Assembly (NCBI GenBank): GCA_035358815.1
Contig: DAOPQC010000001.1
Span: 22,100 to 86,099, forward strand
DNA: 64,000 nucleotides
Direction: 5' to 3'
Source: Thermoanaerobaculales bacterium
GTDB taxonomy: Bacteria > Acidobacteriota > Thermoanaerobaculia > Thermoanaerobaculales > Sulfomarinibacteraceae
Of this stretch, positions 31,148-40,649 are shown in pieces. The position numbers and the translations under genes are program-made. Within the stretch, counting starts at the first letter, position 1, and each line of letters begins with the position of its first letter. Below the pieces are notes generated by a model. That model was not told the DNA's origin, made no database searches, and saw only the letters and a program-made list of their open reading frames with translations.

Positions 31148-32404
31148 GTGAGCACCCCACGACGGCTCGACCTCGGCGCGGGCGTTGGCGTGACGCCGCT
31201 TCCCGACGCCAACCTGCTGGTGCGCAGCGCGCGGCTGCGCCTGCCGTGGTCGCCGCGCCGCGGGGCGGCCGCCGGCACCGCGGTGCTGGTCGACGGCACG
31301 CCGTTCGAGGCGGTGGAGCGCCAGCGCGCCGGCAGTGGCGAGGCGTGGACGCTGCGGCCGTGGCCCGAGGACGAGGCGATGCGGGTGGTCGTCACCCTCG
31401 ACGAGGCGTGGGTTGCCGGCCTCGAGCGGGAGCGCGCCGACGACCGCGCCGCGCGGCGGCGCTGGTGGCTGCTGCCGGTGGTGCCGTTGCTCGGGCTCGC
31501 GCCGGCTTCCCTGCAGTCGTCGTGGGAGCTGCGCTGGGGCTTCCCCGCGACGACCGCGACCCTGCTGTCGGCGCTCGCCGAGCTGGCGCTGTCCACGCTC
31601 GGGGTCGTCCACACGCTGGCGGCCGCCCTCGGCGGTGGTGGCGCCGCCTCGGGCCCGCTGGCGTGGCTCGGGCTGGCGTCGCCGCTGCTCCTGGTCGAGT
31701 CGATCGTGCGGCTCAAGCACGTCTCGGCGGCCCACGAGCCGATCGGGTCGGTTGTCGGCCTGCCGCTGTCGCTGCTGGCGACCACCGGTCAGCCGGCCGC
31801 CAGCGTTGCCGCCCCCGAGGTCCGCTGCCTCGACCGCGAGGCCGACACGCTCGAGCTGCGGTCCGGGATCCACCGCGCCGACTGGTCGGCCCAGGGCGTG
31901 CTGTGGTACCGCGACCAGCCCTACCGGCTGGCGTCGGTCGGCCGCGAGGGGCGGGATTGGATCTACCTCTTCAGCCGTGCCGACGCCACGATCGACGGGC
32001 CGGCCCTGCGGCTGCTGCCGCCGGCGGACCGGCCGCTGCCGGTGGCGCGGGAGCGGCCACCGAGCCTCGTCCGCTCGACCATCGCCACCGCGCTCGCGTG
32101 CCTCGCGCCGCGCGACCTCCAGGAGGCGTGGGCGGGCCGGATCGCCGTCCGACCGGTGCTGCTGACGGTGCTCGGCGCCGGCGTGGAGTGCTGCGGGGCG
32201 CTCGTCAACCTCCATTCGGGCGCAGCTGACGGCTCGCCGGTCGCGCTTGCCGTGAACCTCATGGTGCTGGTGGAGGGGGCGGTCCGATTCGCACTGCTGA
32301 TCGGCAGCGGCCGGCCGGCCGGCAGCCTGCTCGGCGTCGTGCTGCGCCGGCCCCTCGCCCGGCTCCTCGCTGCGAACCCCTCATCGCCGACCCCAAACCC
32401 CTAA
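31148..32404 (+). CDS. Hypothetical membrane protein
   Basis: GTG start. 418 aa with several hydrophobic segments. It sits between mfd and the PPIase genes. I recognise no family. Confidence 0.5.
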   Translation: MSTPRRLDLGAGVGVTPLPDANLLVRSARLRLPWSPRRGAAAGTAVLVDGTPFEAVERQRAGSGEAWTLRPWPEDEAMRVVVTLDEAWVAGLERERADDRAARRRWWLLPVVPLLGLAPASLQSSWELRWGFPATTATLLSALAELALSTLGVVHTLAAALGGGGAASGPLAWLGLASPLLLVESIVRLKHVSAAHEPIGSVVGLPLSLLATTGQPAASVAAPEVRCLDREADTLELRSGIHRADWSAQGVLWYRDQPYRLASVGREGRDWIYLFSRADATIDGPALRLLPPADRPLPVARERPPSLVRSTIATALACLAPRDLQEAWAGRIAVRPVLLTVLGAGVECCGALVNLHSGAADGSPVALAVNLMVLVEGAVRFALLIGSGRPAGSLLGVVLRRPLARLLAANPSSPTPNP

Positions 32405-32417
32405 CCGCTCAGCTCCC

Positions 32418-33290
32418 GTGCTACGCTTCGCCGTCATGGACGAGGGTCGCCGGTTCACCACTGCCGCGATCGCGGCCGTGGGCGCGCTCGCCGCGCTCGG
32501 CTGCGCAGTCGACGAAGGCGTGGTGGCGACCGTCGGCGGCCGCGAGGTCGAGGTCGCAGCCATCCAGGCCTACGTGGCGGCGGCGACCGGGGTGTCCTGG
32601 CAGTCGGTGGACGACCGGGTCGCGTCACGGCTCCTCGACCAGTTCCTCGACCAGGAGGTGATGGCGGCGTCGGCCGGACCGTCCCGGTGGCGCGAGATCC
32701 CCGGGGAGCCGGCCGCACGGTCGTCGCAGGTGCGGTCGCTGGTGGCCGAGGTCTGCGGCCCATCGCCGACGCCCACCCCCGACGAGCTCGAGCGCGCGCT
32801 CGAGCAGCGGCTCGAGAAGATCAGCCCGGCGCGGGCCCGCGTGCGCCAGCTGCTGCTTCCGACCGCGCAGGACGCCGCGGCCGCGCAGGCTCGTCTCGCC
32901 GCAGGTGAGCCATTCATCGAGGTGTCGCGCCAGATGTCGAGGGCGGCCAACGCGGCGACCGGCGGCGAGCTCGGCGTGCTGTCCCGCGGAACCCTGCCGG
33001 ACGAGCTCGACGAGGTCGTGTTCTCGCTCGCCGAGGGCGAGGTGTCGGCGGCGGTGGAGTCGCCGGCGGGGTACCACGTGTTCCAGGTGTTGGAGGTCGT
33101 GCCCGAGGGCCCGGTCAGTCGCCGGGAGCTCGAGTCGACGGTGCGGCGCGAGCTCGTCGACGAGCTCGCCCGCGTTCACGCGCGCCGCTGCATCGGCGAC
33201 CGCGCCGCCCGGGTCGGCGTCGCGGTGCGCGCGCAGAACCTGTGGTTTCACTACGAGGGCCGGTACGGTGCTTCATCCAACGCTTCGTAG
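32418..33290 (+). CDS. Peptidyl-prolyl cis-trans isomerase, parvulin (PpiC) type, probable lipoprotein
   Basis: 'LAALGC' lipobox. Parvulin-like C-terminal domain 'ARVRQLLL...GGELGVLSRGTLPDELDEVVFSL..GEVS..VESPAGYHVFQV'. Confidence 0.7.
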   Translation: MLRFAVMDEGRRFTTAAIAAVGALAALGCAVDEGVVATVGGREVEVAAIQAYVAAATGVSWQSVDDRVASRLLDQFLDQEVMAASAGPSRWREIPGEPAARSSQVRSLVAEVCGPSPTPTPDELERALEQRLEKISPARARVRQLLLPTAQDAAAAQARLAAGEPFIEVSRQMSRAANAATGGELGVLSRGTLPDELDEVVFSLAEGEVSAAVESPAGYHVFQVLEVVPEGPVSRRELESTVRRELVDELARVHARRCIGDRAARVGVAVRAQNLWFHYEGRYGASSNAS

Positions 33291-34260
33291 CCTGTCCGCC
33301 GCCGCCTTCGCCGCGGCGATCGGCGTCGCCTCGGTCGCGTGGTGCGGCGATCGCGAGCTGGTGGAGGCGATCCTGGTGCGGGTCAACGACCGCATCGTGA
33401 CGGTCTCCGACTTCCGCGAGCGGCTCACCGCAGAGCTGTCGCAGCTGCCATCGCCGCCCGAGGGCGCGGCTCGCGAGCGCTTCGCGCGCGAGCTCTTCAC
33501 CACCGTGGTCGACGAGCTGATCCTGCTCGAGCGGGCGCGCGAGAAGAAGCTGACGATCGACGACGAGATGGTCGACAAGGCGATCGGCGAGCTGCGCGAG
33601 CAGAACCAGCTCCAGGACGACGCGGCCTTCAAGGCGGCCCTCGCCAGCGCGGGGCTCACCGAGCAGGCGCTGCGCGAGCGTTACCGGCACAACATGCTGC
33701 TGCAGCGGGCGGTGCAGAGCGAGATCAAGCCGACCGAGATCACCGAGGAGGAGATCCGCCAGCGCTACGAGGCGGACAAGGAGCAGTTCCGGGTGCCAGC
33801 GAAGGCGGAGCTCGAGCAGGTCTTCCTGCCGGTCGCGGCCGACGGCTCGGATCGCCGCCAGGTGATGAGGACGGCGCAGGGGCTGGTGGAGCGGGTCCGC
33901 GGCGGCGCCGACCTGCGGGCCGAGGCGACGCTCGCCGGCGGAGAGGTCCAGGAGCTCGGCGCGATCCCGGTCGCCGACATGCGCGAGGACCTGCAGCGGG
34001 TCCTCGAGCCGCTCGCCGACAATGGGCTGACCGATCCGCTCGAGACCCCGGGCGGCGTGCAGATCGTCCGGCTCGTGCGGCGGATTCCGGCCGGGTACCA
34101 GCCCTTCGAAGAGGTCGAGGAGTCGATCCGTCGGCAGCTGTCGCAGGGCGCGTACCAGGATCAGACCAAAGGCATGGTCGACCGCCTCAAGGGCGAGTAC
34201 CTGGTCGAGATCCACGAAGACCGGCTCGAGATGATCATCGCGCAGCTGCGCGGCGCGTGA
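33268..34260 (+). CDS. SurA-like periplasmic chaperone / PPIase
   Basis: GTG at 33268 inside ORF 32905..34260. Signal peptide, SurA_N-like 'ILVRVNDRIVTVSDF', and a parvulin-like C-terminal half. Confidence 0.7.
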   Translation: MLHPTLRSLSAAAFAAAIGVASVAWCGDRELVEAILVRVNDRIVTVSDFRERLTAELSQLPSPPEGAARERFARELFTTVVDELILLERAREKKLTIDDEMVDKAIGELREQNQLQDDAAFKAALASAGLTEQALRERYRHNMLLQRAVQSEIKPTEITEEEIRQRYEADKEQFRVPAKAELEQVFLPVAADGSDRRQVMRTAQGLVERVRGGADLRAEATLAGGEVQELGAIPVADMREDLQRVLEPLADNGLTDPLETPGGVQIVRLVRRIPAGYQPFEEVEESIRRQLSQGAYQDQTKGMVDRLKGEYLVEIHEDRLEMIIAQLRGA

Positions 34261-34303
34261 CGCCGGCGCGGGCTCGCGCCCGCGCCGCCGCGAGGGTAGG
34301 ACG

Positions 34304-35293
34304 ATGACGACCGCATCCGACCGACGCTGGGTGAGGGACCTCAAGGCGGCGACTGACGTCGACGAGGTCTACGTGGTGCGCAGCAAGGACGTCCGCCAGC
34401 GCCGCGGCGGAGGCCCCTATCTCGCCCTGACCCTCGGCGACCGGACCGGAGAGGTGACCGGGCTGGTCTGGGAGAACGTCGAGCGGATCGGCAAGCTCTG
34501 CGAGGTCGGCCAGGTGCTGCGGGTCCACGGCCAGGTGCAGCGCTACAACCAGCGGCTGCAGGTCGTGGTGCGGGGCGTCGAGCCGTTGGCGGCCGGCGAG
34601 ATCGACCCGGCGCTCTTCGTGCGATCCTCCGAGGTGGATCCTGACATCCTCTGGCAGCAGCTGATGGCCCTGGTCGAGGAGGTCGCCGATCCACACCTCA
34701 AGCAGCTGCTGTTCAGGGTCTTCGCAGACCCGGAGGTGGCGCGACGCTACCGGGCCGCTCCGGCGGCGCGCGGCATGCATCACGCCTTCCGCTCCGGGCT
34801 GCTCGAGCACACGATCTCGATGACGACCACGGCGCGGGCGCTCGCCCGTCACTACCGGCTGCACGAGGACATGGTGGTCGCCGGGGCGCTGCTGCACGAC
34901 CTCGGCAAGATCTGGGAGCTCACCATCGATCCGTCGATCGAGTACACCGACGATGGCCGGCTGCTCGGGCACCTGGCGATGGAGGTGCTGCACGTCGACC
35001 GCACCATCGCGGAGCTGCCCTCGTTCCCCGCGGAGCACCGCCGCCACCTGCTGCACATCCTGCTCTCGCACCACGGGGAGTACGAGTTCGGGTCGCCCCG
35101 CCGTCCCAAGACGCCGGAGGCGCTGCTCGTGCACATGGCCGACAACCTGGACTCGAAGATGGCGGGCATGCTCGAGGCGATCGGAGCGGGAGGGGACGAC
35201 GAGGACGCCTGGTCGGAGTTCTCACGCATCCTCGACCGGTACGTCTACCGCCGCCGGCCGCCGGCGCCGGACAACGGCTCGTCCGGCTCCTGA
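34304..35293 (+). CDS. OB-fold + HD-domain phosphohydrolase (YhaM-like 3'-5' exoribonuclease family)
   Basis: N-terminal OB fold ('YLALTLGDRTGEVTGLVWE') and HD motif 'LLHDLGK ... SHHGEYEFGSP'. Confidence 0.75.
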   Translation: MTTASDRRWVRDLKAATDVDEVYVVRSKDVRQRRGGGPYLALTLGDRTGEVTGLVWENVERIGKLCEVGQVLRVHGQVQRYNQRLQVVVRGVEPLAAGEIDPALFVRSSEVDPDILWQQLMALVEEVADPHLKQLLFRVFADPEVARRYRAAPAARGMHHAFRSGLLEHTISMTTTARALARHYRLHEDMVVAGALLHDLGKIWELTIDPSIEYTDDGRLLGHLAMEVLHVDRTIAELPSFPAEHRRHLLHILLSHHGEYEFGSPRRPKTPEALLVHMADNLDSKMAGMLEAIGAGGDDEDAWSEFSRILDRYVYRRRPPAPDNGSSGS

Positions 35294-35319
35294 TCCGGCG
35301 CCCCCATCGCCGGGCCGTC

Positions 35320-35500
35320 CGCCCGTTCCCGTACCCGTTCCCGCTTCCGCTTCCGCGCCCGCTTCCGAGGAAGTGACCGGTGAGAGGTGATACGGCCCCC
35401 CCAGCCCGTGCCCCTGCTCGTCACGCCGGAGCCGAAGGCCGCGCCGGATTCCCGCCTGTCACGGCGTAGCCGAAGGCGAAGCCGGATTCCCGACCGGCGA
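35320..35500. repeat. Composite intergenic repeat block
   Basis: 'CCCGTTCCCGTACCCGTTCCCGCTTCCGCTTCCGCGCCCGCTTCC' (35322-35372). Two TCACG(C/G)CG(G/T)AGCCGAAGGC..GCCGGATTCCCG boxes follow (35425-35495). Confidence 0.75.
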
Positions 35501-35734
35501 TCAGGCCTTCGGCCGCAGCCCCCTGATCGCCGCCTCGACCTCGCCCGGTTCCGGGAAGCGCCCGAGGGTGCGCTTGGAGAACACCAGTTCGCCGTCGACC
35601 GTGACGTCGAAGACGCCGCCGCTGCCGCGGATCAGCTCGGCCTGCGCGCCGAGCTCTTTCTGAAGGTCGGCCGCCAGCCCGGCGGCCCGCGGGAGGTAGT
35701 TTCAGGACCCGCAGTACTCGATGGTGATGCGCAT
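35501..35734 (-). CDS. Rdx/SelW-like small thioredoxin-fold selenoprotein; the in-frame TGA at 35702-35704 is read as selenocysteine (CGSU redox motif)
   Basis: Hand translation of the minus strand gives ATG(35734) R I T I E Y C G S TGA N Y L P R A A G L A A D L Q K E L G A Q A E L I R G S G G V F D V T V D G E L V F S K R T L G R F P E P G E V E A A I R G L R P K A stop (35501). 'GGAGGGGAG' lies upstream of the ATG. The CxxU position and 'GGxFxVxVDGxLxxSK..GRFPE' match the Rdx family. The gene is absent from the ORF track because the TGA splits it. Confidence 0.75.
35669..35687 (-). promoter_or_regulatory. Candidate bacterial SECIS stem-loop downstream of the Sec-UGA
   Basis: The mRNA reads UGA-N14-GGCCGCC-GGGCU-GGCGGCC, a perfect 7-bp stem with a G-rich 5-nt apical loop. 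It starts 15 nt after the UGA. Confidence 0.55.
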
Positions 35735-35985
35735 GCTCCCCTCCACTTCGATCCAGACAACAGCGGACGGCGCCGATCCGTTCCCCGTCACGCGCGCCGC
35801 CGGTGGACATCGCAGGTGCTTTCTCATCATGGACTTGTGGCACACGGCCGAGGTGGGGTGCTACGATCGGGGCGGCGGTCCCAACGCCGATGCTCGGAGG
35901 TCCGTACACTCGATGGAGACAGGTGATGACGCCGGGAAAGCTGTGCGTCCTTCCCGCGGCGGGAGAGGACCGGACTGCGGCTGCG

Positions 35986-36561
35986 ATGGATGACCGCGAG
36001 GCGGTGCGTGCCGCGAGGGCCGGCGACGACGACGCGTTCGCTGCGCTGGTCCGGCGCTACTCGGGCGGTCTCCACCGGGCGATCGCCAGGATCCTCGCCG
36101 ACGATGCCGAGGCCTGGGACGTGGTCCAGATGGCCTTCGTGCGCGCCTGGCAGGGCCTCGACCGCTACGACGAGCGATGGAGCTTCTCCACCTGGCTGTA
36201 CCGCATCGGCACCAACCTCGCGATCGACCTGCTCCGCTCGCGGACCAGCCGCGAGAAGGCCCACCGGGCGGGCGCCGAGCACCGTTTCCGGGTCGTCGGT
36301 GAGATGCCTCCGGCCTCGGAGCTCGCCGACCATCGCGAGGTCGACCGCCTGTTCGACGAGCTGGTGGGCTGCTTGACACCGCAGCAGCGCAGCGCCTTCG
36401 TGCTGCGCGAGCTGCAGGGGCTCGACACCGCCGACGTCGCCAAGGCGCTCGGGTGCACGACGACGACGGTGCGCAACCACGTGTTCCAGGCACGCAAGCT
36501 CCTGCGCGAGGAGCTGGCCCGCAGGTTCCCGGAGTACCTGCCGCCGTCACGGAGAGCTTGA
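35986..36561 (+). CDS. ECF (sigma-70 group 4) RNA polymerase sigma factor
   Basis: Region 2 'FAALVRRYSGGLHRAIARIL..AWDVVQMAFVRAW' and region 4 'LTPQQRSAFVLRELQGLDTADVAKALGCTTTTVRNHVFQARKKL'-like. Alternative start at 35926. Confidence 0.85.
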   Translation: MDDREAVRAARAGDDDAFAALVRRYSGGLHRAIARILADDAEAWDVVQMAFVRAWQGLDRYDERWSFSTWLYRIGTNLAIDLLRSRTSREKAHRAGAEHRFRVVGEMPPASELADHREVDRLFDELVGCLTPQQRSAFVLRELQGLDTADVAKALGCTTTTVRNHVFQARKLLREELARRFPEYLPPSRRA

Positions 36562-36562
36562 T

Positions 36563-37069
36563 ATGCGCTGCACCGACATCCCCGATCTGCTCGACGCCTA
36601 CCTGGCGGACACCCTGGATGAGCCCCGCCGCAACGCGGTGCGCGGCCATCTGAGGGCATGCGAGCGCTGCCGGGCGGCGGCGGTCGACGCCGACCCGAGC
36701 CTGCTGTTCGTCGCCGCGGCGCCGGGCCCGCCCGACCCGGTCCGCGTCGAGGACACGGCCCGAGCGGTGATCGCCCAGGTCCGCCAGCAGCGGATGCAGC
36801 GGCGGCTCGGCCACCGCCGGCCCTGGCTGGCGGCCGCTGCCGCGGTGGTGCTGTCGCTGGTCACGGTCGCCGGATGGCGGCTGCTGGCGCCCGGCAGCGG
36901 CCCCGACGACGCGGGCCCGGACGCCGCCCGGGTGGCCGAGACTCCCAGCCCGCCGCCCCGGATCGAGGTCGACATGGCCGGCGAAGGGGTCCGCGTCTAC
37001 CAGTACGCAGACCAGCAGGACTCGGACACGGCAGTCACCTTCATCGTCAACCCCGAGCTGGAGCTGTGA
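36563..37069 (+). CDS. Anti-sigma factor (zf-HC2 type, single TM)
   Basis: It starts 2 nt after the sigma gene stop. N-terminal 'H-x3-C-x2-C' ('RGHLRACERCRAA') and one TM segment ('WLAAAAAVVLSLVTVAGW'). Confidence 0.7.
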   Translation: MRCTDIPDLLDAYLADTLDEPRRNAVRGHLRACERCRAAAVDADPSLLFVAAAPGPPDPVRVEDTARAVIAQVRQQRMQRRLGHRRPWLAAAAAVVLSLVTVAGWRLLAPGSGPDDAGPDAARVAETPSPPPRIEVDMAGEGVRVYQYADQQDSDTAVTFIVNPELEL

Positions 37070-37072
37070 TCC

Positions 37073-37789
37073 ATGGCCCGCCACCTGACAGTGCTGATGG
37101 TGCTTCTCTCGCTGGCCGCCGGGGCGCCGGCCCTGTGGGCGAGCGAGCCGACCACGGTCCGGGTCTTCCAGGTCCGCCACTGCGCGGTCACCGAGGTGGC
37201 GGCTGCCGTGCAGAAGCTCTTGACCGAGGACGGAAGCCTCACCGTCCACCCGCGCCAGTCGCGGATCACGGTCCAGGATCGTCCCGAGGTCGTGGCCGCC
37301 GCCGCCGAGATGATCGCGAAGATGGACCGCTCGCCGGACCGCTACCTGATCGAGGTGGTGCTGCTGCAGGGCGTGGCCCAGGAGCTCCCTCCCGGCCAGC
37401 AGGCGCCGGTCGACGCGCGGCTGAAGCGGATGTTCCCGTTCGTCGCCTACCGCCGCATCGGTGCCACGAGCTTCGACGGCGTCATGGGCGACCCGGCGTC
37501 CGCCGACCTCGGCGAGGGCCACCGAGTGTCCTTCCTGGCGAGCTCGCTGGGGATCAGCGACGACACCCCCTGGGGCATCCCCGACACCGCCAACCGGGTC
37601 CACCTGCAGTGGCTGACCCTGCATCGGCTCACGACCGATCGGACGGGCAAGCAGCGGTCGGTGGAGATCCTGAGAACGAGCGTGTTCCTGTCCGAGAAGC
37701 AGGAGGTGTTCATCGGCGCCGGCGCGTCCGAGGACTCGAGCCAGGGCCTGGTGCTGATCCTCCAGGCGCACGAGATCGGGGGCGACTAG
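37073..37789 (+). CDS. Periplasmic protein with a secretin N-domain-like module
   Basis: Signal peptide. 'VRVFQVRHCAVTEVAAAVQKLLTEDGSLTVHPRQSRITVQDRPEVVAAAAEMIAKMD' resembles secretin N1/STN-type domains. The gene is tightly packed between the anti-sigma gene and gspF. Confidence 0.5.
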   Translation: MARHLTVLMVLLSLAAGAPALWASEPTTVRVFQVRHCAVTEVAAAVQKLLTEDGSLTVHPRQSRITVQDRPEVVAAAAEMIAKMDRSPDRYLIEVVLLQGVAQELPPGQQAPVDARLKRMFPFVAYRRIGATSFDGVMGDPASADLGEGHRVSFLASSLGISDDTPWGIPDTANRVHLQWLTLHRLTTDRTGKQRSVEILRTSVFLSEKQEVFIGAGASEDSSQGLVLILQAHEIGGD

Positions 37790-38998
37790 TTGCCCGAGTT
37801 CCTCTGTCGGATCGGCTCCCCGGACGGCTCGGTGCTCGAGCTGCGACGGGTCGCCGTGTCGATGGAGGCTGTGCAGCGGGAGCTGGAGAGCGAGGGCTTC
37901 CACGTCTTCAGCGTCGGCCGCGCCAGGTCCCGGCTCCGCGTGCCGCTGGTGTCGCGGGCCGAGAAGGTCCCGTCGCAGGACTTCCTGCTCTTCAACACCC
38001 AGCTGCGCACCCTGCTTCGCGCCGGCCTGCCGCTCGCCCAGTCGCTCGAGCTGCTCAAGGCGCAGCAGACGCACCCCCACTTCCGCGTCCTGCTCGACAA
38101 GGTCCACCAGCAGGTGACGACCGGGGTGTCGCTGTCCGACGCCTTCCTGTCGCTGGGCGACGTCTTCCCGAAGCTCTACGCCAACTCGCTGCGCGCCGGC
38201 GAGCGGTCGGGCGACCTCGAGAGCGTGATCGGGCGCTTCGTCCAGTATCAGCGCCTGGTCGAGTCGGTCCGCAAGAAGATCGTCGCCGCCCTGACCTACC
38301 CGGCGGTCCTGGTCGCGCTCGCGGTGGCCCTGGTGGTGCTGCTGGTGGCCTACGTGATCCCGAGGTTCTCGGACTTCTACACCCAGTTCGGGTCCGAGCT
38401 CCCGCTGCCGACCCGGATCGTGCTCGGGGTCGCACACACGGTCGAGAGCAACCTGATCCTGATTATCGTCGGCGGGGGGCTGGCGATCTGGGGCTTCCGG
38501 GCCTGGAAGGCGTCGCCGGCCGGCCGGCGGGTGGTCGATCGCTGGACGCTCCGGCTGCCGCTCCTGGGACGGCTCGCCCAGCAGTTCGCCCTGTCCCAGT
38601 TCACGCGCTCGCTGGCGGTGCTGCTGCATGGCGGCACCCCGATGGTGCCGGCGCTCGAGACGGCGGCGACGTCGGTGAAGAACGTCTACATTTCCGAGCT
38701 GTTCCTCGGCTGCGTCCGGGAGGTGCAGGAGGGGCGGCCGCTGTCCGACGCGCTCGAGGACACCGGCCGGGCCCCGGGCCTCGCCCTGGCCATGATCCGG
38801 GTCGGCGAGTCCACCGGAGCGCTGCCCGAGATGCTCGAGCACACCTCCAACTTCTTCGACGAGGAGATCGAGTTCTCCCTGACCCGGATCACCACCCTGT
38901 TCGAGCCGATGATCCTGGTGTTCATGGGCATCGTCATTGCGGGCCTGCTGCTGGCCGTCTACTATCCGCTGCTCAGGCTCGTGTCGACGATCGCGTGA
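37790..38998 (+). CDS. gspF: Type II secretion / type IV pilus platform protein (GspF/PilC family)
   Basis: TTG start. 402 aa with two T2SSF repeats and three TM segments. Confidence 0.85.
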   Translation: MPEFLCRIGSPDGSVLELRRVAVSMEAVQRELESEGFHVFSVGRARSRLRVPLVSRAEKVPSQDFLLFNTQLRTLLRAGLPLAQSLELLKAQQTHPHFRVLLDKVHQQVTTGVSLSDAFLSLGDVFPKLYANSLRAGERSGDLESVIGRFVQYQRLVESVRKKIVAALTYPAVLVALAVALVVLLVAYVIPRFSDFYTQFGSELPLPTRIVLGVAHTVESNLILIIVGGGLAIWGFRAWKASPAGRRVVDRWTLRLPLLGRLAQQFALSQFTRSLAVLLHGGTPMVPALETAATSVKNVYISELFLGCVREVQEGRPLSDALEDTGRAPGLALAMIRVGESTGALPEMLEHTSNFFDEEIEFSLTRITTLFEPMILVFMGIVIAGLLLAVYYPLLRLVSTIA

Positions 38999-39005
38999 GG
39001 TAGCC

Positions 39006-40649
39006 ATGGCGACAGATCCCACACTGGACCGGACGCTGGTCATGCTCGATGAGCAGGACGCGACCGAGGTCCACGACGACGTGGCCGAGGCCCGCGCCCT
39101 GGCTGCGCGGATCGGCCTCCCGTTCGATCCCCTCGACGAGTTCCACATCGATCCCGAGCTGTTCCGCGCGATCCCGGTCGAGGTGATGCTGCGCTACCAG
39201 TTCCTGCCGCTCGCGTCGGACGGCGAGGTCCTGCGGGTGGTGATGGCGGACCCATCGAACGTGGTCCAGCTCAACGAGGTGGAGCTGGCGCTGGCGCGTC
39301 CGCTCGACGTGCTGGTGGGGCCGCCGACGCGGATCGCGGACATCCTCGAGAAGTCGGAGTCGACGCAGCGCGTGCTCGACGAGGCGACGGAAGGCTTCCA
39401 GCTGCAGCTGGTCCAGGAGGCGGAGGACGGCGAGGAGGTGCTGTCAATCGACCGGATCACCGCCGACTCGTCGCCGATCATCCGGCTGGTCGACTCGGTG
39501 CTCTTCAACGCCATCCAGCGCAGGGCCTCGGACATCCACATCGAGACCCAGGACCGCGAGGTGGTGGTCAAGTACCGGATCGACGGCGTGCTCTACCAGG
39601 CCATGAAGTCGATCGACAAGCGCCACCACTCGACCATCATCTCCCGGATCAAGGTGATGTCCGAGCTCGACATCGCCGAGAAGCGGATCCCCCAGGACGG
39701 CCGCTTCAAGGTGCGCTTCTCCGGCCGGACGATCGACTTCCGGGTGTCGATCATGCCCAACGTGCACGGCGAGGACGCGGTCATCCGGATCCTCGACAAG
39801 GAGTCCACCAACGCCGAGTTCCGGACCCTGAACCTGAGCGTGCTCGGGCTCGAGGAGGACACCAAGGCCCAGCTCCGGAAGTTCATCCGGGAGCCCTACG
39901 GAATGGTGCTGGTCACGGGGCCGACCGGGTCGGGCAAGACGACCACCCTCTACGCCTGCCTGTCCGAGATCCAGTCCTCCGAGGACAAGATCATCACCAT
40001 CGAGGACCCGGTCGAGTACCAGCTCAAGGGCATCACCCAGATCCCGGTGAACGAGAAGAAGGGGCTCACCTTCGCCCGCGGCCTGCGGTCGATCCTCCGC
40101 CATGACCCCGACAAGATCATGGTCGGAGAGATCCGTGACGAGGAGACGGCGGCGATCGCCGTGCAGTCGGCGCTGACCGGCCACCTGGTGTTCACCACGG
40201 TGCACGCCAACAACGTGGTCGATGTCATCGGCCGCTTCCTCAACATGAACGTCCACCTCTACAACTTCGTGTCCGCCCTGAACTGCGTGCTGGCGCAGCG
40301 GCTGGTGCGTCGAATCTGCGTCCACTGCAAGCGCCCGGCGACCGTTTCCGACCAGCTGCTCGACGACTCCGGGCTGGAGCCCGCCCGCTACCGCGACTTC
40401 GTCTTCTACGAGGGCGCCGGGTGCATCGAGTGCAACGGCACCGGCTACCGGGGGCGGCTCGCGATCGCCGAGCTGCTCAACCTGTCGGACAACATCCGGC
40501 AGCTGATCATCGACCACCGGTCGGCGGCCGAGATCAAGCGCGCCGCCAAGGCCGAGGGCATGCGCTTCCTGCGCGAGTCGGCGCTCCAGAAGGTCTTCGC
40601 CGGGGAAACCACGCTCCATGACATCAACAAGGTGACCTTCGTGGAATGA
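39006..40649 (+). CDS. gspE: Type II secretion / type IV pilus assembly ATPase (GspE/PilB family)
   Basis: The ATG at 39006 lies inside ORF 38937..40649. T2SSE_N domain, Walker A 'GPTGSGKTTT', a tetracysteine motif ('CVHCKRP...CIECNGTGYRGR') and 'TGHLVFTTVHAN'. Confidence 0.9.
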   Translation: MATDPTLDRTLVMLDEQDATEVHDDVAEARALAARIGLPFDPLDEFHIDPELFRAIPVEVMLRYQFLPLASDGEVLRVVMADPSNVVQLNEVELALARPLDVLVGPPTRIADILEKSESTQRVLDEATEGFQLQLVQEAEDGEEVLSIDRITADSSPIIRLVDSVLFNAIQRRASDIHIETQDREVVVKYRIDGVLYQAMKSIDKRHHSTIISRIKVMSELDIAEKRIPQDGRFKVRFSGRTIDFRVSIMPNVHGEDAVIRILDKESTNAEFRTLNLSVLGLEEDTKAQLRKFIREPYGMVLVTGPTGSGKTTTLYACLSEIQSSEDKIITIEDPVEYQLKGITQIPVNEKKGLTFARGLRSILRHDPDKIMVGEIRDEETAAIAVQSALTGHLVFTTVHANNVVDVIGRFLNMNVHLYNFVSALNCVLAQRLVRRICVHCKRPATVSDQLLDDSGLEPARYRDFVFYEGAGCIECNGTGYRGRLAIAELLNLSDNIRQLIIDHRSAAEIKRAAKAEGMRFLRESALQKVFAGETTLHDINKVTFVE

